This document shows, piece after piece, positions 9,214 through 17,514 of a DNA stretch of 64,000 bases; within the stretch, counting starts at the first letter, position 1; every line of letters begins with the position of its first letter. The notes beneath the pieces are model-generated. The model was not told the origin of the DNA. It saw nothing but the letters and a program-made list of their open reading frames with translations, and did no database searches. The stretch spans positions 10,530 to 74,529 of the forward strand of contig CAZETA010000002.1 in the NCBI GenBank assembly GCA_964514995.1, read 5' to 3'. The position numbers and the translations under genes were made by a program. The DNA is from an uncultured Gammaproteobacteria bacterium. Its GTDB lineage: Bacteria; Patescibacteriota; Patescibacteriia; Magasanikbacterales; GWA2-37-8.

Positions 9214-9454
9214 ATCTCCCAGAGGAAAAACCCCTTCACTTATTGGTTCAGCTAACGGTAGGCCAAAAAGAATAATTGTCCAAAAAAAGAGTGAATGTAA
9301 GCGATGTCACTGTGATATTTTAGTTGGCCATGATTGTTTCGGTATTCCAAAAGCAACTTCTTCTTTTGGTAGTATCAGAAGATTTTGTAAGGAGTGTTTT
9401 TATAAAATTATCGAACAAACTCGCGTTGATTTAGAAGAGTTAAAGACTTTATAG
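9200..9454 (+). CDS. Small zinc-finger-like protein coupled to the helicase
   Basis: CKRC...C...FCKEC; ATG 9200 overlaps the helicase 3' end. Confidence 0.75.
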   Translation: MKENKSPRGKTPSLIGSANGRPKRIIVQKKSECKRCHCDILVGHDCFGIPKATSSFGSIRRFCKECFYKIIEQTRVDLEELKTL

Positions 9455-9465
9455 CCTTAAAAGGT

Positions 9466-9939
9466 TCATTTATTCCCAGCAATAAACTCATTCAGCCAAT
9501 GAGCGTCATCCTTAGCTAGTATCAAAAGCCCATCAGGATGATTAGACTCTTCTTTTCCATTTCTATCTTGTGAAGGTGAAGAAGTCCAAATACTCACTAT
9601 CCAAACACCGCACATGCTGGCTAGTATACCTTTTTCAATCTTAACATTTTGAATAGCTTTAATCATTATCGTGCGGGATTTTTTTAATATAATACCCCAG
9701 TTAACTTCTATTTTATTTTTATCTACCGTAAAAGTATTTGCCTTAGTGTCCAGTAATATCCAAATTGACATTGGTAGTACCAAAATTAAAACAGCCACCC
9801 AGAAGAAAGAAAACCAGACAGTAAAGCTCCATAAAAATATTAAAGGGGTAGATAGTAACAGGAGAGGCAGTACTAATTTTAGAATTTTATACCATCCAGC
9901 CTTAGCTGGTAACTTGTTAGTTTCTCCTACCTTGATCAT
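9466..9939 (-). CDS. Membrane protein with a bacterial PH (bPH_2) domain
   Basis: Two TM helices, then G...K....I....IQNV....G pattern. Confidence 0.75.
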   Translation of the reverse strand: MIKVGETNKLPAKAGWYKILKLVLPLLLLSTPLIFLWSFTVWFSFFWVAVLILVLPMSIWILLDTKANTFTVDKNKIEVNWGIILKKSRTIMIKAIQNVKIEKGILASMCGVWIVSIWTSSPSQDRNGKEESNHPDGLLILAKDDAHWLNEFIAGNK

Positions 9940-9969
9940 ATAACGTAAAGTTAAATAAATAATAAATTA

Positions 9970-10112
9970 AAAACAAAAACGGCCCCTTTATCCGGGCGGC
10001 AACCTTTCGGTCGCCCTATCACCTTTCGGTGAAAGACCACAAGTAGTACCCGGTCAAAAAGACCGTTTTCTACTTGTGGATTTGATGACCATGCCCTAGA
10101 TTTTATCTAGAG
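9970..10112 (-). ncRNA. Structured leader RNA with two GAAA-capped hairpins and alternative long-range helices
   Basis: UCACC-GAAA-GGUGA, GGCGACC-GAAA-GGUUGCC, CCACAAGUAG/CUACUUGUGG; 10069-10049 can pair with 9996-9976. Confidence 0.6.
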
Positions 10113-10248
10113 TTTAGGTCTAAATTGTCGTGATTATATTACCACGCCTTTTTAGCCTTTGCAATCTTGACTTTTAGCTATTATCCGTTCAAAATAAGCC
10201 ACATTCCTGGCCTTCCTATTATCGGTTAGTTTAACTATAAGAATACGT

Positions 10249-11202
10249 ATGGATAAAATTAACCTTCAAGAATATTACATTGAAGAACATGTTTACAAGG
10301 GCGATTACTACAACCCTAATTTTATAATTACTGTCGCCGTTGCAGAACTAAGTAAGCGCTTAGTGTATCTTTCCCGTAATGGTTATACCATAGGCAAATA
10401 TAAAAAAGCTGATCAGACACATAGAGAACCGCCTAAGTCCTTGTCCCAACTTGAATACACGACTAATTTCCACTTCTTAATAGCAATAAGAAAGAATTTT
10501 AGCATTGATAATAGCAAGACGAAACTTATCATTCTGAAATTACTTAACAAAAAAGGGTTTAAAAAGGAGATTGCAAACTTAAATCACCTTATCCATAGTG
10601 GAGAAAAATATTATCAAGAATTTAGAAAATTGGCATTTGAACTATTAAAATCTGACCTTAACCCGCGGGATAATAAAAATTTTGAAGCTATCAAAAAAGA
10701 TAGGGGTTTTAACAGTAAAGAGCTTGAAAAACAATTCTTATACAGTGTTTACATAGACCATCTAAAAAGAAAATTCAAAATACCAGATCAGTATAATTTT
10801 GTGCTAGAAACTATTATTGAAAAAGGATTTGATTACACAATTGATTTTATCGATACTCTTACTTTAAACAATTTAGCCTACTTGGATTACTATAATTGTA
10901 TCCCTTACTTTATACCATCACACAATTATCTTGGCTGTAAGTACGCTCAACAACCTGAGCATAAAAATATAATAAAATCTTTGCCAATAGTCTATTACTT
11001 TAGTCAAAAATATCTTAAAGATACGGTTACTGATCTTCCGGCTATTAATTATGAATCTTATTATTCTGTATACAGGCTAACAAAACAAAAACCCGGGTTA
11101 ACCGATAAAGAAATTGCCGAACAACTATTAGGGGCATGTGGAAAAAAGGAAGTTGATAGAATTAAGCAAACTAGAGCGCGTTTAAGACATCTTCTAGCAT
11201 AA
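10249..11202 (+). CDS. Hypothetical protein, possible C-terminal HTH
   Basis: Long AT-rich ORF ending PGLTDKEIAEQL...V......RAR. Confidence 0.7.
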   Translation: MDKINLQEYYIEEHVYKGDYYNPNFIITVAVAELSKRLVYLSRNGYTIGKYKKADQTHREPPKSLSQLEYTTNFHFLIAIRKNFSIDNSKTKLIILKLLNKKGFKKEIANLNHLIHSGEKYYQEFRKLAFELLKSDLNPRDNKNFEAIKKDRGFNSKELEKQFLYSVYIDHLKRKFKIPDQYNFVLETIIEKGFDYTIDFIDTLTLNNLAYLDYYNCIPYFIPSHNYLGCKYAQQPEHKNIIKSLPIVYYFSQKYLKDTVTDLPAINYESYYSVYRLTKQKPGLTDKEIAEQLLGACGKKEVDRIKQTRARLRHLLA

Positions 11203-11274
11203 AGTGACATTAAAATTTTTTATTTGTCACCATTTTGGCTAACCATAGCCATTTTTTTGTGTTATGGTGGATCA

Positions 11275-11424
11275 ATGCCACTTAAATTCAGCCCACAACT
11301 TATTGAACGCCTGCAGAGGCATTTTCGTGAGCGCTTTGATGTTGAGGTTAGTGACGAAAAGGCCGAAGAGTATCTGCATTCATTAGCAGAGTTGTTTGGG
11401 CTATTTACTGATTTGCCAGATTAG
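11275..11424 (+). CDS. Small hypothetical protein upstream of the replicase
   Basis: MPLKFSPQLIERLQRHF...EKAEEYL..LAELF; ATG at 11275. Confidence 0.6.
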   Translation: MPLKFSPQLIERLQRHFRERFDVEVSDEKAEEYLHSLAELFGLFTDLPD

Positions 11425-11496
11425 TGTTTTCACGTGCCGCCTTTGGCGGCCGTGAAAATGCTATCAGTTATTTTAGATAAAATTATATTACAGTAT

Positions 11497-13255
11497 ATGG
11501 AAGATATAAATCCTTGTTACCAAGCCGCATTAGCTTATTTAGCTAAGGGTTTTTCAGTTATTCCCATTATGAGAGGCGATAAAAAGCCATGTATTAAATG
11601 GCAGTTATTTCAAAAACAATTGCCTAGTATTGATGAAGTAAATAATTGGTTTAAAACTTTTCCTGATGCGCAAGTAGGTATTGTTACTGGCAAAATCTCT
11701 AACCTTATTGTTATTGATATAGATAAAAAAACTGGCGGGTTAGAATCCGTCAAGAATATTCATTTACCAGTTACCGCTATTGTTGAAACTGGTGGGGGGT
11801 GGTTTCCATTATTACTATCGTCTTCTTTCTGGGGTAGAAATAAAAAATTCAGCTGGTCAGATTGCTCCTGGTATAGATATTCGGGCCGAAGGCGGCTATG
11901 TAGTTGCTCCTCCCTCTATCCATTCGTCAGGTAATCTTTATCAATGGGTAAGCTCTTTAGAAGAGCAAGAAATTGCTTTGTGCCCAGATTGGTTACTCAA
12001 AGAAAATACTAAACAATATAAAAATAAGCTTAATACAGCAGAATTACCAAATTTAATTATTAGTGAAGGCAGCAGAAACAATGATCTGGCCCGTTGGGCT
12101 GGTTTGGTTTTAAGTAAGTTAGAAAGAGATGACTATGAATTAATCGGGTGGCCCTGGTTGCAAAATTTAAATGAAAAACAAGTTAGACCTCCATTATTAG
12201 AAAAAGAACTTCGGACTATCTTTGATAGCATAAAAAGATCAGAAACCTCTAAATTAAATAATAGCTCTGATACGCCTGTAAATATTGCGCCGGTATTATG
12301 GCAAGAATTTAATAAATTAGAATTCCCGCCTGAACGATGGCGAATTAACAGTCTTATCCCCTTACAGGGAGTGGTAATCATTGCCTCTCCATCTGGTGAA
12401 AAGAAAACATGGCTAGCTATGGAAATGGCCAAATCTATTTCTCTTGGTGAAAACTTTCTTTTATACCCTGATTTTGAAACAAAAAAATCCAATGTCCTAT
12501 ATATTGATATGGAAATGTCACAAGATGAACTACAGCGTCGGGGACGACTGCTTGGCTTTAATTTATCAAAAGATAATATTTGGCTGTTAAAAAGTGATAG
12601 TTTTAATCTTAATAATGACCAGGTGGCCAAACAATTATTTGAGTTTATCCAAGAAAAAAGTATTGAGGTTATTTTTGTTGATACGCTCCGAGCCGTAGCT
12701 GGTGGCATGCCTGAGGAAAAAGCTGAAGAAGTGCGTAAGTTTTTTAATCGTTTAATGCCTTTAAAAAACAAAGGGGTTGTGGCTATATTTCTTGATCATT
12801 GTCGTAAGCCATTGCCCCATGAAGGTAAGGTGCCTAAAAAGGAGCAACTATTTGCTAGCCAGGATAAGGTTGCGTCTGTTGAGGCGCTTATGATGATTCG
12901 TAGCGAAGGCAGAAGTAATATTATTAGAGTCTATAACGTCAAAAATCGTATAGGTAAAGAGTTTGCCCCTTTTAGTATTCTTATTGAAGACCAAGGAGAT
13001 AGAACTACTCTATCATTTGGTGAAATAATACAAGAGAAAGAAACTAAAAAAATAGATGAGGCGAAAGGGTTAATTATATTTAATCTTAAGGAAGGTCCGA
13101 AAACACGTCAGGAGATTTTGGCTATCGGCGATGCTCAAGATATTAAATCACGTAATATGTCAGACGCATTACGTCAGTTAGAGAAAGATAAAATAATTCT
13201 TGCCAAGAAAGTCGGTAAGGAAAACCAGTATTTTTTGCCAATAGACGAGCCATAA
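11497..13255 (+). pseudogene. Bifunctional primase-polymerase (Prim-Pol) + PriCT + AAA_25 helicase, split by a one-base frameshift
   Basis: G.VTG...VIDID in the first frame; FHYYY, GIDIRAEGGYVVAPPS, EGSRN, SGEKKT, YIDME and VDTL in the second; frames switch in the G6 run 11794-11799. Confidence 0.85.
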
Positions 13256-13261
13256 AGATGG

Positions 13262-13328
13262 TTGCCACGATTGGTTTATCAATCGTGGCAAAGTGGCAAG
13301 GTATATATACTATAATGATTTTTGCCAC
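13262..13328. repeat. TTGCCAC repeat cluster with a 12-bp inverted repeat (candidate element origin)
   Basis: TTGCCACGATTG-N6-CAATCGTGGCAA, then GTGGCAA, an AT-rich spacer and TTGCCAC. Confidence 0.6.
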
Positions 13329-13388
13329 GGTCACTTTACAGTTTTATGTAGAAACAGTAGGGTAAGGGTATTCTAAGGCTCATAAAAT

Positions 13389-14858
13389 ATGAAATACATC
13401 GCTTATTGTCGTAAATCTACGGAATCTGAGGATAGGCAGGTTTTATCTATAGAATCACAAGCAAATGAAATGTATAAGAGTGCTGAACGTAATAATGTTG
13501 TGTTAGATAAAATTTTTACCGAAAGTATGTCGGCCAAAGCCCCGGGCCGCCCTGTATTTAAAGAAGTGATGGCCTATATTGAAAAAAATGGTCCTTGTAT
13601 TCTGTATGTTTGGAAATTAGATCGTCTGGCCCGGAATGCTTTTGAAGCCGGTCAGATTTCGTGGTTCATGGATAGGAAATTAATTATTGAAATTCGTACG
13701 TTTGAAAAAGTATATAAAAATATTTCTGACGATAAATTTTTCATGAGTTTGGATTTTGGTATTGCGAAAAAATATGTTGATGATTTAAGTACTAATGTAA
13801 AGCGGGGGATACGAACAAAAATAGAAAAGGGCGGTTGGCCGAGTAAAGCTCCATTTGGATATGTAAACGATAGAGGGAATAAAGTTATTTTTCCTGATTT
13901 AGTAATGGCGCCCCTTATTACGGAGATGTTTAATTTATATTCTAGCGGTGGTTGCAGTATTAAAGACCTGGTAAATATCATGTACGAAAAGGGCTTGCGT
14001 ACATTGAAGGGCTATAAGGCCAGTAAAAGCGTTTTACATCGTACTCTTACCAATCCAGTGTATTGCGGATTTATTAGGAAAGATAATAAGCTTTTTGTTG
14101 GCAATCATGTGGCGATTATTTCTAAAGATATTTTTGATAATGTCCAAGATATAATTAATGGAAAAAACAAAAGTAGAAAGCAAGTCTATAGTTTTCCGCA
14201 TCGGGGATATATGCGATGCCATGTTTGTGGATGTGCCTTAACTGGCTCACTTAAAAAGGGTCATGTGTATTACTACTGCACAAACGGCAAAGGTATTTGC
14301 CAAGAACAAAAGAAAGGGTATTTACGCTCTGAAGTAGTAGATGGCTTAATGGCTGATATTTTTGGAAGGATTGAATTTGATGAGGAAACCATTGAAATAA
14401 TGTACCTGGCTAAAAAGGAAGAAATGGCTTATGACAAGAATTATGCTGTAACTGCCATACAGAATCTTACTAAACAGGCTTCTCTGGCCCGTGAGAAGCA
14501 GGGTAAGCTGGTAGATAGTTATTTGGCTGGTAATATTCCTGAAGACCTTTATAACGCAAAAATACAGGCTCTTAATAATGAGGTGGTTGCTGCAGAGTCA
14601 CAACTCAAGAAATTACAGCAAAAGCATATTAATATTGAATCTACTTTGGAACTCACTAGAAAGAAGTTTTTATCCGCTTCTGTAGCCAAAAAAGAATTTC
14701 TTGAGCAAGATAATATAAAAAAGCGTAAAGTGCTTGGAAATGTACTTTGGAACCTCACTATTGAAAATAAGGATTTGGCTTCATATAAACTAAAAGACCC
14801 CTACCAAAGGATGGCGGAGGTCTCCAAAAACTGCACTTTTGCCGAATTGTCGGGGTAG
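13389..14858 (+). CDS. Large serine recombinase (integrase)
   Basis: YCRKS catalytic Ser, E..SA....RP.F, DRLARN, APFGY, NP.Y.G, zinc ribbon CHVC...YYYC, coiled coil; ends inside the tRNA-Pro 3' end. Confidence 0.95.
   Translation: MKYIAYCRKSTESEDRQVLSIESQANEMYKSAERNNVVLDKIFTESMSAKAPGRPVFKEVMAYIEKNGPCILYVWKLDRLARNAFEAGQISWFMDRKLIIEIRTFEKVYKNISDDKFFMSLDFGIAKKYVDDLSTNVKRGIRTKIEKGGWPSKAPFGYVNDRGNKVIFPDLVMAPLITEMFNLYSSGGCSIKDLVNIMYEKGLRTLKGYKASKSVLHRTLTNPVYCGFIRKDNKLFVGNHVAIISKDIFDNVQDIINGKNKSRKQVYSFPHRGYMRCHVCGCALTGSLKKGHVYYYCTNGKGICQEQKKGYLRSEVVDGLMADIFGRIEFDEETIEIMYLAKKEEMAYDKNYAVTAIQNLTKQASLAREKQGKLVDSYLAGNIPEDLYNAKIQALNNEVVAAESQLKKLQQKHINIESTLELTRKKFLSASVAKKEFLEQDNIKKRKVLGNVLWNLTIENKDLASYKLKDPYQRMAEVSKNCTFAELSG
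14787..14823 (-). terminator. Minus-strand terminator embedded in the recombinase coding sequence
   Basis: AGACCUCCGCCA-N5-UGGUAGGGGUCU-UUUAGUUU just downstream of tRNA-Pro. Confidence 0.55.
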
Positions 14859-14923
14859 TGGGACTTGAACCCACAATCCCCTGGTCCCAAACCAGGTGCT
14901 CTAGCCAATTGAGCCATACCCCG
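14850..14923 (-). tRNA. tRNA-Pro(TGG)
   Basis: Cloverleaf; anticodon arm CCTGG-TTTGGGA-CCAGG; T loop GTTCAAGTC; CCA not encoded. Confidence 0.95.
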
Positions 14924-14933
14924 TATTTTGTTT

Positions 14934-14974
14934 GTGGCACGCTTAGCGTGCCAGCCACAACGCTCAGCGTTGTG
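14934..14974. repeat. Two adjacent short palindromes in the tRNA spacer
   Basis: GGCACGCT-T-AGCGTGCC and CACAACGCT-C-AGCGTTGTG. Confidence 0.6.
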
Positions 14975-15044
14975 CCGCGGGTCAGAATTGAACTGACGAC
15001 GCCAGCCTCTTCAGGGCTGCGCTCTACCACTGAGCTACCACGGC
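14973..15044 (-). tRNA. tRNA-Phe(GAA)
   Basis: Anticodon arm CAGCC-CTGAAGA-GGCTG; standard D and T arms. Confidence 0.95.
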
Positions 15045-15049
15045 GTTTG

Positions 15050-15122
15050 TGGACCCTATCGGGCTCGAACCGATCACCCCCGCGTTGCAAACGCGGTGCT
15101 CTACCAAATGAGCTAAGGGCCC
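15050..15122 (-). tRNA. tRNA-Ala(TGC)
   Basis: Anticodon arm CCGCG-TTTGCAA-CGCGG; G3:U70 acceptor pair. Confidence 0.95.
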
Positions 15123-15138
15123 TTAAAAAAGTAAGCAT

Positions 15139-15167
15139 ATTCTAGCAATAATTAACATAAACGTCAA
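15139..15167 (-). promoter_or_regulatory. tRNA operon promoter
   Basis: TTGACG-N17-TAGAAT. Confidence 0.7.
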
Positions 15168-15267
15168 CTGGTGCTATAGTAATATAAGTTGCTTATATAC
15201 ATCCAAGCTTTATTATGGCGACAAAGCGTTTAGTGTCTTATAATAATATTAAATAATTTTTTAGATT

Positions 15268-15600
15268 ATGCCAAATGAAACAAGATCAAGCTCAGAATTT
15301 AATAGGCTCGAAATATCTCAAAAATTAGCAGAAGTTTTTTCAGAAAAAGAAAACGTTTCCGAGGAAGAAATTGCATCTATAAAACAACGGTTATCACCTG
15401 AAGATGGGGTGACGTTTGATTCTTTAACGCCCGAAGAAAAATTGTATATATACCTTTTGGATAAGTGTAATTTGACTGATGATGAATTGAATTTCATTGT
15501 AAATCATACAATGCCGGCCCTAGATGCTCATGATTTGAATAATCACGCGTTTGCATATAGGGCCTTAAGGCCCAGGTTAAAACCACAAACAGCTAGTTAA
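15268..15600 (+). CDS. Hypothetical protein
   Basis: 110-aa ORF followed by a bidirectional terminator. Confidence 0.65.
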   Translation: MPNETRSSSEFNRLEISQKLAEVFSEKENVSEEEIASIKQRLSPEDGVTFDSLTPEEKLYIYLLDKCNLTDDELNFIVNHTMPALDAHDLNNHAFAYRALRPRLKPQTAS

Positions 15601-15619
15601 TTTTTAAATTTTGACAAAT

Positions 15620-15648
15620 AAAATAGACAGTTCTTGGCTGTCTATTTT
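15620..15648. terminator. Bidirectional terminator
   Basis: AAAATAGACAG...CTGTCTATTTT. Confidence 0.7.
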
Positions 15649-15658
15649 TAATATAGTA

Positions 15659-16732
15659 TTATTCTTCAGTTGGTGGTGGTACCTCGTCTCCATCTTCACT
15701 TCCTGATTCTTCTTCTGGAGCCTCGCCTTTTTCTACGACTTCCCAAATATCTTTGGAAACGGCCTTTAGTAGTTTAGGATTATCTTTGAGGTATTTCTTG
15801 GCAGTCTCTCGGCCTACACCAAATTTTTCTTCCTTATAGCTATAAGAATTACCCGATTTATTAATGACTTTGAAGATTACGCCATTATCAAGTACATCAC
15901 CGGAAACTGAGATGCCTTCATTATACATAATATCGAATTCACAGGTGCGGAATGGCGGCGCCACTTTATTTTTTACGACTTTGGCCTTTACGCGATTGCC
16001 GATAATTTTATCACCTTGTTTGATTTGGGCTGCACGTCTGACTTCAATACGGAGTGAAGAATAAAACTTCAAGGCATTACCGCCAGTAGTAGTTTCTGGA
16101 TTGCCAAAGACAATACCGATCTTCATACGGATTTGATTGATAAAGATTACTACCGTTTTTGACTTACTGATGATGCCCGTCAGTTTGCGCAGAGCTTGGC
16201 TCATGAGGCGCGCTTGCAAGCCCATGTGTGATTCACCCATGTCGCCTTCGATTTCCGCTTTTGGCACAAGAGCTGCGACTGAGTCGACGACAATGACATC
16301 GACGGCATTTGAACGTACGAGCGTTTCTACGATTTCTAGAGCCTGTTCGCCGGTATCTGGTTGAGAGATGAGCAATTCGTCAACTTTGACGCCAATCTTT
16401 TTGGCGTAGTCCGGATCAAGCGCATGTTCAGCATCCACAAAAGCGGCGATGCCGCCCATTTTTTGAACTTCAGCGACGACGTGTTGGGCGAGGGTGGTTT
16501 TACCACTGGCTTCCGGACCGTAAATTTCAATAATACGACCGCGTGGTACGCCGCCAACCCCTAGGGCGATGTCAAGCGATAGACAGCCGGTCGGTACCGC
16601 GTCCACCTGCATGGTTTTTGCCTCTCCGAATTTCATGATAGCGCCGTCACCGAATTTACTTTTGATTTGTTCAATCGCACTCTCTGCGGCCTTCAATTTC
16701 TCCTTTACTTCGTCTGATAGCTGTTTTGCCAT
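15659..16732 (-). CDS. recA: Recombinase RecA
   Basis: [26 protein letters not shown] and GNALKFY motifs. Confidence 0.99.
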   Translation of the reverse strand: MAKQLSDEVKEKLKAAESAIEQIKSKFGDGAIMKFGEAKTMQVDAVPTGCLSLDIALGVGGVPRGRIIEIYGPEASGKTTLAQHVVAEVQKMGGIAAFVDAEHALDPDYAKKIGVKVDELLISQPDTGEQALEIVETLVRSNAVDVIVVDSVAALVPKAEIEGDMGESHMGLQARLMSQALRKLTGIISKSKTVVIFINQIRMKIGIVFGNPETTTGGNALKFYSSLRIEVRRAAQIKQGDKIIGNRVKAKVVKNKVAPPFRTCEFDIMYNEGISVSGDVLDNGVIFKVINKSGNSYSYKEEKFGVGRETAKKYLKDNPKLLKAVSKDIWEVVEKGEAPEEESGSEDGDEVPPPTEE

Positions 16733-16768
16733 ATCAGCATTATATTAAGATAAATTAAAATACTCTAG

Positions 16769-17470
16769 TTACATTTTTTTCTCATCGGCACTGAGGGTGA
16801 GAGTGTTTGGTTTGACTATTATATGCCGAGTTTCTGTGGTTATTTTTCCATGCTTTTTGATGGCTGATATAGTAATCGTATTTACTCCGTTTGACAAGTC
16901 CAGAACAATTTCGAATCGGCCTTTATCATTCGGCATGGCTTCCTTGCCATTTACCATGAGCCGCACTTCTTTGTCTGTTTCACCCTGCACAACAGCGGTC
17001 AATTTATTAGATATCGCACCGTCATTGGGTGAAAAGATAGTAAGTTTTGGAGGTTGGAGAATGCCGTTAACTTGCCAAATTAGATAACCGGCAAATCCAA
17101 GCAAGAACAGAGCTGTTGTTACCGAGCGAACGACAGTAGACATAGAATTGAGCAGCCAAAATCGCAATGTAGTTTTTGGGTGGATGGTGGGGGTGTTATG
17201 CAGGTCTGATTCTTGCGAAAATTGATAGAGCAGACTTGCCGGATTCAAGTCAAGTATTTTTGCGTACTCTTTTATGTAGGCGAGTCTATGTGCTTTGGCG
17301 AGCGGCAGTTCTTTAAAACGGGCCGCTTCGATTGCTTCTAAGTATTTGAGGGGAATTCTGGTTTTTTTAGATATGTCGGCAAGGGACAGCTGTTTTTGCT
17401 CACGGATTTTTTTGAGGCGTTGGCCTACGCGCAGTTGCGGTTCTAAATTTTTAAGACAAAAAACGGCCAT
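16769..17470 (-). CDS. RodZ-like XRE-HTH membrane protein with a C-terminal Ig-like domain
   Basis: G..LK..RE...LSL..IS..T.I...YL.AIE, one TM helix, L..G.N.I.I.A. Confidence 0.8.
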   Translation of the reverse strand: MAVFCLKNLEPQLRVGQRLKKIREQKQLSLADISKKTRIPLKYLEAIEAARFKELPLAKAHRLAYIKEYAKILDLNPASLLYQFSQESDLHNTPTIHPKTTLRFWLLNSMSTVVRSVTTALFLLGFAGYLIWQVNGILQPPKLTIFSPNDGAISNKLTAVVQGETDKEVRLMVNGKEAMPNDKGRFEIVLDLSNGVNTITISAIKKHGKITTETRHIIVKPNTLTLSADEKKM

Positions 17471-17514
17471 ACTTTTAAAAACTCTAAATACTAAATCTTT
17501 AATTCTAAATTCAG

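Larger units (their letters stand above)
6167..14854. mobile_element. ~8.7 kb integrative element (satellite-like or integrated plasmid) at the 3' end of tRNA-Pro(TGG)
   Basis: Core GTCGGG at 6167-6172 and 14849-14854 (extended GTCGGG-N3-GTGGGAC); contains a serine recombinase and a Prim-Pol/AAA replicase; no capsid or conjugation genes recognised. Confidence 0.85.

Noticed and set aside
11204-11230. GTGACA-N15-TGTCAC inverted repeat as an operator
   Set aside because: Only 6-bp arms and a single copy; insufficient support
14758-15145. ORFs 14758..15138(-) and 14858..15145(+)
   Set aside because: They overlap three tRNA genes and are spurious
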